A stretch of DNA of 64,000 nucleotides from Octopus sinensis (Eukaryota): assembly GCF_006345805.1 (NCBI RefSeq), contig NC_043002.1:55614001-55678000 (forward strand), in the 5' to 3' direction. Below the pieces are notes generated by a model, which was not told where the DNA came from, made no database searches, and saw nothing but the letters and a program-made list of their open reading frames with translations. Both the position numbers and the translations under genes were made by a program. This document shows positions 24,511 through 35,950 of the stretch, one piece after another. Numbering within the stretch: the stretch's first letter is position 1; every line of letters begins with the position of its first letter.

Positions 24511-24796
24511 ATATATATATACGGCGAGCTTCTTTCAATTTCCGTCTACCAAATCGACTCACAATGCTTTAGTCGGCCCGAGGCTATGATAGAAAGCACT
24601 TAGCCAAAGTGTCATGCAGTGGGACTGAAACCGGAACCATGTGGTTGGGAAGCAACATCACTCATAGCAATTCCGTTTGCGCTTCAATTGTCTCATACGA
24701 CATGTATTGCAGTGAGTCGTTTTGTGACTAATAGACCGGCATGTTGATCTAGAACGCTTACTCACGTTCCTTAACACGATTATGAAATTAGTAATT

Positions 24797-25197
24797 AGGA
24801 GATGACAGAAACGTTTGCACGTCGGCCGAAATGCTTAGCGGTATTTCGTCTACCGCTACGTACCGAGTTCAAATTCCGCCAAGGTCGACTTTGCCTTTCA
24901 TCCTTTCGGGGTCGATTAAATAAGTACCAGTTACGCACTGGGATCGATGAAATCGACTTAATCCGTTTGTCTGTCCTTGTTTGTCCGCTCTGTGTTTAGC
25001 CCTTTGTGGGTAGTAAAGAAATAGGTATTTCGTCTGCCGCTACGTTGTGAGTTAAAATTCCGCCGAGGTCGACTTTGCCTTTCATTCTTTTTGGGGTCAA
25101 TAAGTTAAGTACCAGTTGCGTCCTGGTGTCAATCTAATCGATCCCCCCACACACACACACACAAAAATTTTCGGGCCTTGTGCCTAGAGTAGAAAAT
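24797..25197 (+). mobile_element. SINE family A dimer (tail A then tail B)
   Basis: Junction GTAAAGAAATAGGTATTTCGTCTGCC at about 25013-25038. Confidence 0.85.
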
Positions 25198-25744
25198 AAT
25201 TAGCCCCGTAATATTATTGTCAATGAGTGGTAATAACAACTACACCAACAAAATATGGTCACTTGACATGCTAGAAATAGCAACCAAATGGCTATTAGAT
25301 CATGTCTTTCTTTTATTGTTTCTCTTTTAATTGTTTTCAGTCATTGGATTGCGGCCAAACTGGAACACCACCTTCCAGGGTTTAGTTGACCAACATGACT
25401 CCGGTGAGGTCTGCTTCAGTGTATTCTGGGGGGGACTGATTTGTAATAATGCGAAAGTGGAGTTTCAAAATATGTGTATCACTGTAAATCTGAGGGTGCG
25501 CCATTCATTAGGGAGAAGAAGCACTGTCCAGTGCCGTCCAGTGCACCCCTTTAGCGACGGGTATGACTCTGGTGTTCATCTTTTACGTTTGATATTTATT
25601 CAATCGGTCCCTTTAGCTCTTTTGGTGTGTCTACGGCAGTGGTTCCCAAACTTTTCACCAGCGAGGACCCCTTTTATTTAAATGGGTTTTTTCCCCCACG
25701 GAACCCGGCATATTGTAAGGTCTGTCAGCTTAACATGTTCACAG

Positions 25745-26485
25745 TAAAATGCGACCACTGATGCAGACTTTGTGGAGTTCACAGTGAAGATATCACCCAC
25801 ATCATAAGCAGCTGTCCGAAAATGTCATCACAATATTATCTACCGAAGAGACATGACGATGTAGCTAGTACATTCTATAATGAAATCCGTAGGAAGGATA
25901 ATCCCGAGGACAAAGAAATAAGAACTCACAATATGATAGAATGCATAGCCACTCATAATAAAAAGGAATACTGGTGGAATGTACCAGTGAAGACCTCAGT
26001 AAAATGTAAGCACAACAGACCTGATATAATGATTTGGGATAGAGAAGAGAAACTGTGCACAGTTGTGGAAATTAGCTGCCCAGCGGATGTTAACATAAAG
26101 CTGAAGATCAATGAAAAAGAGAACACCTATGCTGAACTATTGAGAAATCTGCAGTTACTCTATCCAGAGTACAGTTTCAGGTTTATACCTGTAATTATTG
26201 GGGCCTGGGATATGTAATACACTGCCTAATACCAATCTTGAGAAATTAGGCTTTTCAAAACCAGAAACGAGAAAGCTAATTCGAAGACTACAGATCCAAG
26301 CCATCACTAGAACTGTAAAAATCTGTAAAACTTTCCAGAAGTTTCATTTAAATATATATATGAGCATGTCTAGATATGTAACTATATGCATGAGAATACA
26401 TACATAAAACATACAAATCTGCACATATATAGATGCATGCATACATACATACATACATACATACATACATACATACATACATACA

Positions 26486-26517
<32 letters not shown>

Positions 26518-26625
26518 CATACATACATACATACATACAAAAATATATCCTGTTGTTGATGTTGAAATTGCAATGAAGAAGCCTTTCTCTCTTGGCAAGA
26601 AATCTTTAAATAAACTAAATAATGG
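25745..26625 (+). mobile_element. REL-type non-LTR retrotransposon (R4/Dong-like) 3' end: CCHC knuckle, REL endonuclease, 3' UTR with (CATA)n
   Basis: CRLCGVHSEDITHIISSC..RHDDVA..KHNRPDIMIWD..VVEISCPAD..KENTYAEL..IPVIIGA, frameshift, ..QIQAITRTVKICKTF. Confidence 0.9.
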
Positions 26626-26694
26626 CATATATGCATACATACATACACATATCATAGTCAACTTCTCTTTTCATTCTTTCAAAATGCTTTATCG

Positions 26695-26915
26695 AGTGAC
26701 TGTGTGGTAAGAAGCTTGCTTCCCAACCATAGGGTTCCGGGTTCACCTTGAGTAAGTGTCTTCTGCTATAGCCTCCAGCCGATGCTACGTTCTGAGTTCA
26801 AATTCCGCCGAGGTTGACTTTGCCTTTCATCTTTTCGGGGTCGATGAAATAAGTACCATTTACGCACTGGGGTTGATGCCAAAATTTCAGGCCTTTGTGC
26901 CTTCAGTGGAAATGA
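26695..26915 (+). mobile_element. Chimeric SINE: family B head joined to family A body and tail B
   Basis: TGTGTGGTAAGAAGCTTGCTTCCCAACC..AAGTGTCTTCTGCTATAGCC directly followed by GCTACGTTCTGAGTTCAAATTCCGCCGAGG. Confidence 0.7.
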
Positions 26916-27960
26916 TCATTCTGCAGGCATAATATTTCTTGATTGTCAATCGCTTATCATTTGTTATATTCAAGCTGATCTTCCACCCATTGTTACCTTC
27001 AGGGAAAAAGAGAACCTACTGCAAGGAGTCATACGAATGATGACTTTCCGAGATTATGGTCAGTTCACTTGCACTTTCCTTCAAGATGATATGCCTAGAA
27101 GATGCATATTGATTCGTATTGGGTAAAATAACAGGGACTTCATTTACAGTTGGCGCATTCCAGCGCCTCTCTTGCACCCCAGTTGGCTTCCTGCTCTCAT
27201 AAATAATAAGCGTGGCCTCTGGCATATCTCTGAATAATTCGTTTGCCATTTTGGACGAAGCAATATATGGATTTCTCTCACTCAAAACTGTTTCAATTCG
27301 TACTACGATTCTTCCTTCTAGCTCTGCTTCGTTTTTCAAAATTCTCATCCTGTGTTAGACTGAATCTTGTGGGTCCAAGAAGTATAGTTGCATAAATTTG
27401 GCTTACTCATTGGCATCTGGAATTAGTGGACCCAGGAAATGGTAAATTTGTCCATGTGTTATGACCGAAGGATTGTAATGTTCATGTTGCCGACTCTCTT
27501 TGCAATCAAAAGATGTCATTTGAAAAATACTATTGTACTGCCTGGCATATTTTCTGAAATTTTTTCCCACGTCTGTCCGAACTTCAAATAATTCTTCCAT
27601 TTCCGGTGGTAAGTCAGGTAACGGCACTAAATTCACTTTCTCATTCACACTGCAAAAGTTGGCAGAGTTTCTCCTGGAAATTTGAAACCTCAACAATGAG
27701 GGAATATTTTGTTCATTTCTCCAAGAAAGACGTCAACATCTTGATGGTTGCGGAGTCGACGGTGTTGGTTTCGAAGTCGCTGAGCTAATCAACGAATGTG
27801 TTGATTTCTCGTTCGATCTTGCTCTCGTCTTTCAGCGCTTTGGTCACAATTTTCGTTTAAACGTCGGATTTCTTGTCTTTCTAATTCACATTGTCTCCGT
27901 TCTCCAGTTTCGAGTCTTAATCGCTCTCTTTTTTTTATTCAGAAGTCTTCCTCTGTTTAA
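26915..27960 (-). mobile_element. Helitron RepHel N-terminal remnant (pseudogene)
   Basis: LGEMNKIFPHC.GFKFPGET; RQYNSIFQMTSF..GQIYHFLGPL; RRWNAPTVNEV..RHIIL..ISESHHSYDSLQ*VLFFPEG..GW..YYACRM are all Helitron RepHel motifs. Confidence 0.9.
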
Positions 27961-28029
27961 TTGATATCGTTCCCTTTCTCTGATCCTTTTGGCTTAGGAT
28001 GTCAGAAGGCTTGAACCAGGCATCAGAAG

Positions 28030-28174
28030 TAGCTTGCTTACCAACCACATGATTCCGAGTTCGGTCCCACCGCGTGGCACCTTGGGCAAATGTCTTCTAG
28101 TATAGCCTCGGGCCGACCAAAGCCTTGTGAGTTGATTTGGTAGACGGAAACTGAAAGTAGCCTGTCGCATATAT

Positions 28175-28213
<39 letters not shown>

Positions 28214-28440
28214 AGTGTGTGTGTGTGTGTGTATTTGCGTGTTTGTGTTTGTCACCCCCAACATCGTTTGACAACCGATGCTGGTGCGTTTGTGTCCTCG
28301 TAACTTAGCGGTTCGACAAAAGTAAACGATAGAATAAGTAATAGGCTTACAAAGAATAAGTCCCGGGGTCGATTTGCTCGACTAAAAAGGCAGGGCTCCA
28401 GCATGGCCGCAGTCAAATGACTGAAGCAAATAAAAGAATA
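28030..28440 (+). mobile_element. SINE family B full copy
   Basis: Head, internal (GT)n and tail all present. Confidence 0.85.
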
Positions 28441-28509
28441 AAAGAATAAAAGAATATCTATATCATTGTTCTTCGAAAGTTGAGAATAAAATAATACATA
28501 CATTGATAA

Positions 28510-28569
<60 letters not shown>

Positions 28570-28605
28570 GTATAGTATGTGATATCTATATATATATATC
28601 ATATA

Positions 28606-28638
<33 letters not shown>

Positions 28639-28642
28639 CATT

Positions 28643-28676
<34 letters not shown>

Positions 28677-28786
28677 ATATATATGTATATATAGTGAATC
28701 CAAGAAAGAACAAACACAAAAATAAACAACAAAGGACGTGGTACATGTAATGTATTAGAAGCCGCTCAGGAAAGAAAAGAAAGATG

Positions 28787-28822
28787 GTTTAACGTTTCGA
28801 GCAGACGCTCTTCTTCGGAAAT
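28787..28822 (-). ncRNA. Hammerhead-like motif with CCGAAGA core
   Basis: ATTT-CCGAAGA-A-GAGC(GTCT)GCTC-GAAA-CG-TT-AAAC. Confidence 0.5.
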
Positions 28823-28847
28823 AGCGGAAAGTCCAATAGACTTGGAC

Positions 28848-28911
28848 ATAGAGTTATCCAAAGTTTCGCACCCACAAAGCAAAGCCTTGTGGCCAGCTCG
28901 TCAGACTCTAT
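28848..28911 (-). ncRNA. Type-I hammerhead, canonical core (left member of inverted pair)
   Basis: ATAGAGT-CTGACGA-GC..CCACAA..TTGTGG..GC-GAAA-CTTTGGA-TA-ACTCTAT; 7-bp stem I, stem III weakened. Confidence 0.68.
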
Positions 28912-29014
28912 ACAAAGACAAAATTTTAAATATTTTAAATTTTGTATTTAAATTTAAATTTTGAGAAAACGCTCAGAACTCGAGGATGTAGATATTTAAA
29001 TTTTGTATTTAAAG

Positions 29015-29073
29015 AGAGTCTGATGAGCTGTCCACAAGGCTTTGTTTGTGGATGCGAAACCTTGGGTAACTCT
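29015..29073 (+). ncRNA. Type-I hammerhead, canonical core (right member of inverted pair)
   Basis: AGAGT-CTGATGA-GCTG-TCCACAA(GGCTTTGT)TTGTGGA-TGC-GAAA-CC(TTG)GG-TA-ACTCT; predicted GUA cleavage after 29068. Confidence 0.8.
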
Positions 29074-29184
29074 ATGTCCAAAATTAAAATTTTTGTTGTA
29101 ATAATTACTGCTCTATTTTTTAGAGTTTGCTTCTTTCTTATATATACACACACACACACACACACATATGTGTGTGTATTTATG

Positions 29185-29359
29185 TGACCTTCTTTCAGTT
29201 TCCATCTACTAAATCCACTCGCAAGGCTTTGGTTGGCCCGAGGTTATAGTAAAAGACATGCTCAGGTGTCATGCAGTGGGACTGAACCCGGAACTATTTC
29301 GTTGAGAAGCAAGCTTCTTAACACACAGCAACGCTTGCGCCTATATATATATATATATT

Positions 29360-29414
<55 letters not shown>

Positions 29415-29835
29415 ATATATATATTATATATATTGTATATATATATCAGTGATTGACCAGACTACGGACGTTGTAATACATCACTGGTCACAATGCGCTT
29501 TACATTGTTTTTAGCTGTTGAATGATGCCACCCCACTGGCTAGGCGAGCATGCCAACGTTGTCCCCTGATTGGAAGTCTTGTCCGTTTCAGAGTGAGCCA
29601 TTTACAGCCGAGTGGCCTGAAGCAACATCGAATTAAGTGCTTTGCTCTCATGAATACAATGCGCCGTTCATCTGGCAATCAAAGCCACGCGACGAGCTTC
29701 CACACAGTTTCTGTCTACAAAATACACACACAAGGCTTTGCTCAGCCCGTGTGTATAGCAGAAGACACCTGCTGAAGGTGCCGTGTAGTGGGACTGAACC
29801 CGGTACTGCGTGGCTACAAAATCAGCTTCTCTGCT
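29185..29835 (-). mobile_element. SINE fragments: family B heads (about 29185-29340 and 29700-29835) and a family C-like tail (about 29447-29640)
   Basis: Matches to family B heads; CTGGTCACAATGCG..CATTGTTTTAGC tail shared with 54865-55175. Confidence 0.6.
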
Positions 29836-30024
29836 ACACAACGAACTCTAAAAATAACAAGATAAAAACATAATGTCTAATGAACGGACAGTAGTGTTCC
29901 GGCTCTGACTCAGACTTACGCAACACAATCAACATACTATTTGCTATAGTATTTCCTGTTATTATTACGTTCCAAATAGAACGAGCTTCTGTCTTCTGCT
30001 TCGTTCAATACATTTTTTCCAGGA

Positions 30025-30188
30025 TTGGCTGTGTCGTAAGAAGCTTGCTTCCGAACCACATGGTTTCGGGTCCAGTCCCACTGCATGGCACTTTGGGCAA
30101 GTGTCTTCTACTATAGCCATGTCAGTGGATTTCGTTGTGGAAACTGGAAGAAGTCTATCCTATGAGTGTGCATTTGTGTCTGTGTTTG

Positions 30189-30229
<41 letters not shown>

Positions 30230-30405
30230 ATCGCTTAGAAACCGGTGTTGGTGAGTTTACGTCTCCGTAACTTAGCGGTTCGGCAGAAGATATCGATAGA
30301 ATAAGCACCAGGCTTACAAAGAATAAGTCCAGGGGGCGATTTCTTCAAATAAAAGATGGTACTCCAGCATGGCCACACTCAAATGACTTGAGCCAGTAAA
30401 AGAGT
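30025..30405 (+). mobile_element. SINE family B full copy with internal (CA)n
   Basis: Head, CORE-like block and tail present. Confidence 0.82.
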
Positions 30406-31028
30406 AATATATATATATACTAGCCTAAGGTGACCCGCTCCACGCGCAGGTAAGAGTGTGGTTGTTACTTTCTGTTGCTTCTTTTCTGTTTTTTATCACC
30501 ACATTTTCCCTCTTTGTTTCTCTCTCCTTTCTCTCTCACTTTCCCACTCTCTTACTCTTCATTTCTCTCGGACTCTCCCTCGCTTTCTCTTACTCTCTAT
30601 TTTTCTTTATCTATCTCTCTCCCATTTATAAACAACAAAAGATCTTGAGTAAGTTGAGAAAGAAAAATATTTTGAAAGATCAATCATAAATATCAAGCAG
30701 TGACAACGGAAAGGTCTGCTTCAAGGCAGACAGCAAAACACTAACATTTTATAGGGACAGACGAACTTGCGAGCTGAATAAAAATAATAAAATATTGGAA
30801 ACCAAAGTTTGATGGGAAAGAATCTGAGGATAGCAGATGAGATAAGTACTTATTCTATCGATAGCTTATGCTGAACTGCTAAGTTACGGGGACGTAAACA
30901 CACCAAGTTATGGTGGGGTGACAAGCACAGACACAGACACACACACAACACACACACACATACACACACATACACACATACACACACATACACACATATA
31001 TATGTATATGTATGTATGTGTATATATA

Positions 31029-31370
31029 TCTCTCTTTATATAAACGGCAGTTTGTCTGTGCGTGTTTCTGTGTGTCTGTTTGCTTGTACCCTCACCCTGA
31101 CCACGGCTTTCAACCGATTCTGATGATGAAACTTGACACACACATAGCCCAAGTTCACCCAGTTCTGAAAAAAAATCGATAAATTCGACGGGTCGAGAAT
31201 CAGAAAAACAAACCGCAACTGTCTAGGGGACGCAACTCACCTTTTTTTTACTCAAAAAAAATTTACCATCATTTTTTTTCCATTTTTTGCTATTTGTGGC
31301 TATAACTCTCTAAAAATGCTTTATAGTTATTTCCCTTACAAACTGAGCATACGCCGGGCGATACTGCTAG
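31029..31370 (+). mobile_element. Non-autonomous Helitron (342 bp)
   Basis: A|TCTCTCTTTATATAAA 5' end; ..GAGCATACGCCGGGCGATACTGCTAG|T 3' end; no TSD. Confidence 0.8.
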
Positions 31371-31389
31371 TACATATATATATATATAT

Positions 31390-34300
31390 ATAATTTAATC
31401 CAAACGGGACACAAAAAACAACAACAATGGAACAATTACAGTATTATTATTAATAGGCGCTCAGGAAAGGAAGCAGGGAGGTATGACGTTTCGAGCGGAG
31501 CTCTTCGTCGGAAACATAAAGAAGGAAGAGAGAGGAAAGAAAGATCCCAGAGCGGGCAACAGGGAAAGAGAAAAAGACGACTGGTGTTTACGAGTTGCAC
31601 ATGGTGAAAGGCGGATGTTACGAAAACAGAGCAAAGTGGGTTTTTAAAGGCAAAAGAGTGGAGACAGGTTGGTAACGCAACAGATGTGTGTGTATGTGTG
31701 AGTGTGTGCGTGTGCGTGTGTGTATGTGTGTGTGTGAGGCGAGATGAAAAAACAAAAAAATATATATGTGTGTGTTAGTGTGTGCGTCTGTGTGTCGGCG
31801 GTGTGAGGTAGGCGAGACAGTAGGTCAGCTTAGCAGACAAAGGTCAGTAGTAAGAAAAAGAGGAAGGAGGAAGGAGGGAGGGGAAGGGGTGGGGGGCGTA
31901 TGTAGCGTGCCAGCGTGTGTTGAGTAGTAGTGTGTGTGTGTGTCCAGTGTCGTGGTGGTATAAATGGCGAGTAGATTGAATGTGTGTAAGAGTAATGTAT
32001 ATATTTAAGCATGTGTGTATATGTGTGCGCGTGTGTGTAACGAAAAAGGGGGGGGGTTAAGGAAAAAGGACTCCAGCTGAGGGGAAGATGGAAGAGTGGC
32101 CCGCGGAGGAGGGCGGGGAAAACCCAACGACACGCGACGGTCCCAGGAACGGGCGGGAGGTCTTGTCGGTTCAAGAGCGAGGTGCTGCGGAGCGTATGCG
32201 TACGCGACCGGCGCAAGCGCGTGCGTGCGCGAGCCTGCGAGTATGTGCGTAATATGTGTATGTGTGTGGATGTGTGTGAGTGTGTCTGTGTGTATGTCCG
32301 GGTGGCAGTGTGTCCGATGAATGTATGTGAGTATGTGTGTATGTATGTGTGTGCATAGATGTATGTCCGTGTGTGTGTGTGTGTGTGTATGTGTGTGAGT
32401 GTGTATGTATGTACGTGTGGGTGTGGGGAAGTGGTGTATGTGCATGTGTGTGCGCGTACATACAGGTGTGTGAGTGAGTGTGTGTGTGTGTATGTATGTG
32501 TGAGTGTGTATGTATGTGTGTGTAGGATGCATGTATGTGTATGGGTGTATGTATGCGTGTGTGTATGTATGTATGTGTACGTGCGTGTGTGTGTGTGTAT
32601 GCGTGTAGGTGTGCGCGTGTGCATGCATGCATGCATGCATGTGCGTATGTGTGTGTGTGTGTGCATGTGTGTGGGTATATATGTATGTGCGTATATGTGT
32701 GTGTGTGTGCGTACATGTGTGTGTGTGTGTATGCATGTGTGTGTATGTAGGTGTGTGGGCGTGTGTGTATAGGTGTATGTATGTAAGTATGTATGGTGTG
32801 TCCGTGTATGTGTGTGTATGTATGTGTGTGTATGTAGGTGTGTGGGCGTGTGTATATGTGTGTGTATGTAGGGTGTGGGCGTGTGTATATAGGTGTATGT
32901 GTGTATGTCTGGGTGTGTCCGTGCATGTTTGTGTGTGTGTGTGTATGCATGTGTATGTAGGTGTGTGTGTACGTGTGTAATGTATGTGTGTATGCGTGTG
33001 TATGCGTGCGTGTGTGTATGTAGGTGCGTGTGTATGTGTGTGGGAGTGTAGGTGTGTGTGTGCGTGTGCGTGTGCGTGTTTATGTTGGTGTGTGCGTATG
33101 TGAGTGTGAGTGTATGGGTGTTGTCATGCATGTGTGTGCGCGTGCAGGTGAGTGTGTGTGTAAGTATGTGTGTGTGTATTTTGTGTGAGTGTGTATGTGT
33201 GTATGTCTGTGTGTATGTATGTGCGTATAGGAGTATGTGGGTATGTGTGTGTGTATGTATATGGGTGTATGTATGTATGTGTGTGTGTGTGCATGTGTAT
33301 AAGTATATGTGTGTGTGCGTATGTGTGTGTATGTGTATGTGTGTGTGTTTATGTATGTGTGTATGTATGTGTGTAGGCGTGGTGTGTAGATGTATGTATG
33401 GGTGTGTGTCCGTGTGTGTTTGTGTGTGGTAGGTAGATGTGTGTGTCTGAGTGAGGGGTATGGCTGTGTAGGGTGTGTGTGATGAATGTAAGTGTGTGTG
33501 TATACAAGGTAATGTATGTATGTAGGTGTGTGTGTGTGTGTGTATGTGTACGTGTGCGTGTGTATGTGTGTGTGTGTATGCGTGTGAGTGTGAGTGTATG
33601 GGTGTATGTCTGTGTGTGTGTATGTCTGAAGTAGGTATGTATGTGTATGTATGTATGTGTGTGTGTGTGTGCAGGTATGTGTGTGTATGTGTGTGTGTGA
33701 GTAGGTGTGCGTGTATGTATGTGGGTAGGGATGCATGCGAGTGTGTGGGTATGTATGCATACATACGCACGCGCACATCCGAAGCAAGCACACACACGAA
33801 GCGCGCCCACGCACACAACGCACAAGCAGTACAACGCAAGCCCAAGGGGCCGACCAAGCCCCCAGCGCGCGCCAAGGCGCGCGAGCGCAAAGGCCCTCGA
33901 ACGCCCCGCTACGCGGGAACCGAGGATCCATCAGCCAAAACCGGAAAGCAGAAAAGAGGGGGGGCTGCCTGGATGCAAAAAGGTGTATGTGTGTGTGCAT
34001 TCAGTGTAAGGGTGTGCATGTGTAGGTATGTATGTATGTCTGTGCCTACATGTATGTTTGCATGTGTGTGTGTGAAGTATGTACGTGCGTGTGTGTGTGT
34101 GTGAGTGTGTGTATGTATGTGCGTATGTATGTGTGTGTGTATGTGTGTATGTATGTCTGTGTGTGTGTGTGTGTGTGTAAGTATGTATGTGTGTGCGTAT
34201 GTATGTATGTGTGTGTGTATGTGCATGTTGGTTTGTATGTTAGTGTGTGTTAGTATGTCTGTAAGTGTGTGTGATTAAATGTGTGAATGTATGTACGTAG

Positions 34301-34505
34301 ATGGGTCTACGTATGTGTGTGTGTGAACAGGCGTGTGGGAGGTAGGTGGGTGGGTGTGTGTGAGTGGTGTGTCCACAAAAAAAAAAAAAAAAAAAAAAAC
34401 GGATCTCAAGAGGAGGGGGCTGTGTTAAGTCCGTGTGGGGTGGTAGTTTGTAGGGTGAAGATGTAGCGTTGCTCCAAGTGGAGCCTGGGAAGTGGCGACC
34501 ATGGT
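31390..34505 (-). mobile_element. Penelope-like element: 5'-truncated GIY-YIG C-terminus, poly(T), CA-rich 3' region of about 3 kb with two GC islands, pseudo-LTR with HHR variant
   Basis: 34505 to 34406 reads RLHLEQRYIFTLQTTTPHGLNTAPSS* (R..EQ..IF.L.T..P.GLN, PLE endonuclease end); the 3' two-thirds is duplicated at 22362-24510. Unity of the whole span is inferred. Confidence 0.6.
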
Positions 34506-34959
34506 ATTATATATATATATTATAATATATATATATATATAATATATAAGAGGAAAAAGAACATGAGATTGGGAAGTTAATAATTGTTTATTATTAACAA
34601 CAAATTAGTCATCATTCCCTTACAGCTGTTTCAATTAATATTCAGTAACTATCAAGTAAATATTAAATTTATACTTCTATGACCTGAGCATAATATATTT
34701 AGAGAGGAAAACAACATACCCTTGGATGTTTTATATGTGTTTATGGATTCATTATAGCAGACTGAATGATATTGTTTATGATTTGTATTTTTATATGTTC
34801 GAGCGAGGAGTTTGCATGCTGATTGGAAATAAGATAGCGCAGGTAAATAGACTTAGAACAATAAATTAATAAATTGAATTGAGATGATACAGGAAATTTA
34901 AATATAAACAAGGGAGGTTTGCAGTTGATAAAAGAATGGAATGTTGGTTCATAAGGTAC

Positions 34960-35275
34960 AAGCAGAGATACCCGGCCTTGCTCGGGATTAAAATGGCAAA
35001 GTCATGTGACTGTGGCCATGCTGAAACACTGCCGTAAGAAAGATTTTTTGAAGAAATACACGTTTTTATATTTTCACTATGTTAGATATATATTTTTAAA
35101 AAGATACAATATGAATTGAGAATCTACATATAGATAAAAGAGATAGAAGACCGTAGTGATATTTGTATAAATAATTTTCTAACTTCTATAACATAGTGAT
35201 GAAAGTGGATGTAATAAAAAAGTGTTTTTATTATTATGGAGTGATAAGTGCGAGAAAAATAAGTATAATAAAGAT
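34960..35275 (-). mobile_element. Probable non-autonomous Helitron
   Basis: Minus-strand 3' end CCCGAGCAAGGCCGGGTATCTCTGCTTG|T (CTAG degenerate); candidate 5' end A|TCTTTATTAT near 35272. Confidence 0.5.
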
Positions 35276-35465
35276 ACGAGAAGTAATTCATATGTATAAA
35301 TCTCCAATATAAGAAAAGAATATTATTTAAACATATGTATATACATTTTTTGTATACTGGTGCATTCAAAAGGAACAGAAACTACGAAATATGATAAAAG
35401 GATATGTACATATATGTTTGTATATATGTATAGGTATATATATATATACATAATATTTATATATA

Positions 35466-35515
<50 letters not shown>

Positions 35516-35534
35516 TTATATATAAATAATATAT

Positions 35535-35950
35535 AAATATTAGGGAATAAATCCAAACTTACAGGGAAAATCAGATTTAGGATTGAATCCAATTTTATAG
35601 TAAAATATTATATTATATTAAATTAGAGACAAAACCACTATTAGGCAAATCAAACAATGAAAACTTAAGCCAATACATAAGATTATTTCATTTAGTTATT
35701 TAAATATATAACAAAATTATTAAAAAAAGATAATTAATATCACACTACGATCGTTTCATGGCTGCTAACTTGTTCAAATTTTGAAGAAGTTAGCAGCCAT
35801 GAACGATCGTAGTGTGATATTAATTATATTTTTTTTACTAATTTTGTTATATATTTAAATAATATAAATGAAATAATCTTATGTATTGGCTTAAGTTTTT
35901 CATTGTTTGATTTGCCTAATAGTGATTTTGTCTCTAATTTAATATAATAT
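35535..35950. mobile_element. Fold-back with arms of about 165 bp (35610-35950); HHR-like TTGAAGA..GAAACGATCGTA at the centre
   Basis: Perfectly mirrored ..CACACTACGATCGTTTCATGGCTGCTAACTT / AAGTTAGCAGCCATGAACGATCGTAGTGTG..; unique tail shared with 18275-18352. Confidence 0.85.

Noticed and set aside
22802-24562. 586-aa His/Thr-rich ORF (and the 686-aa ORF at 31830-33890 with overlapping frames)
   Set aside because: Stop-free reading of CA/TG arrays; open in several frames with no domain signal
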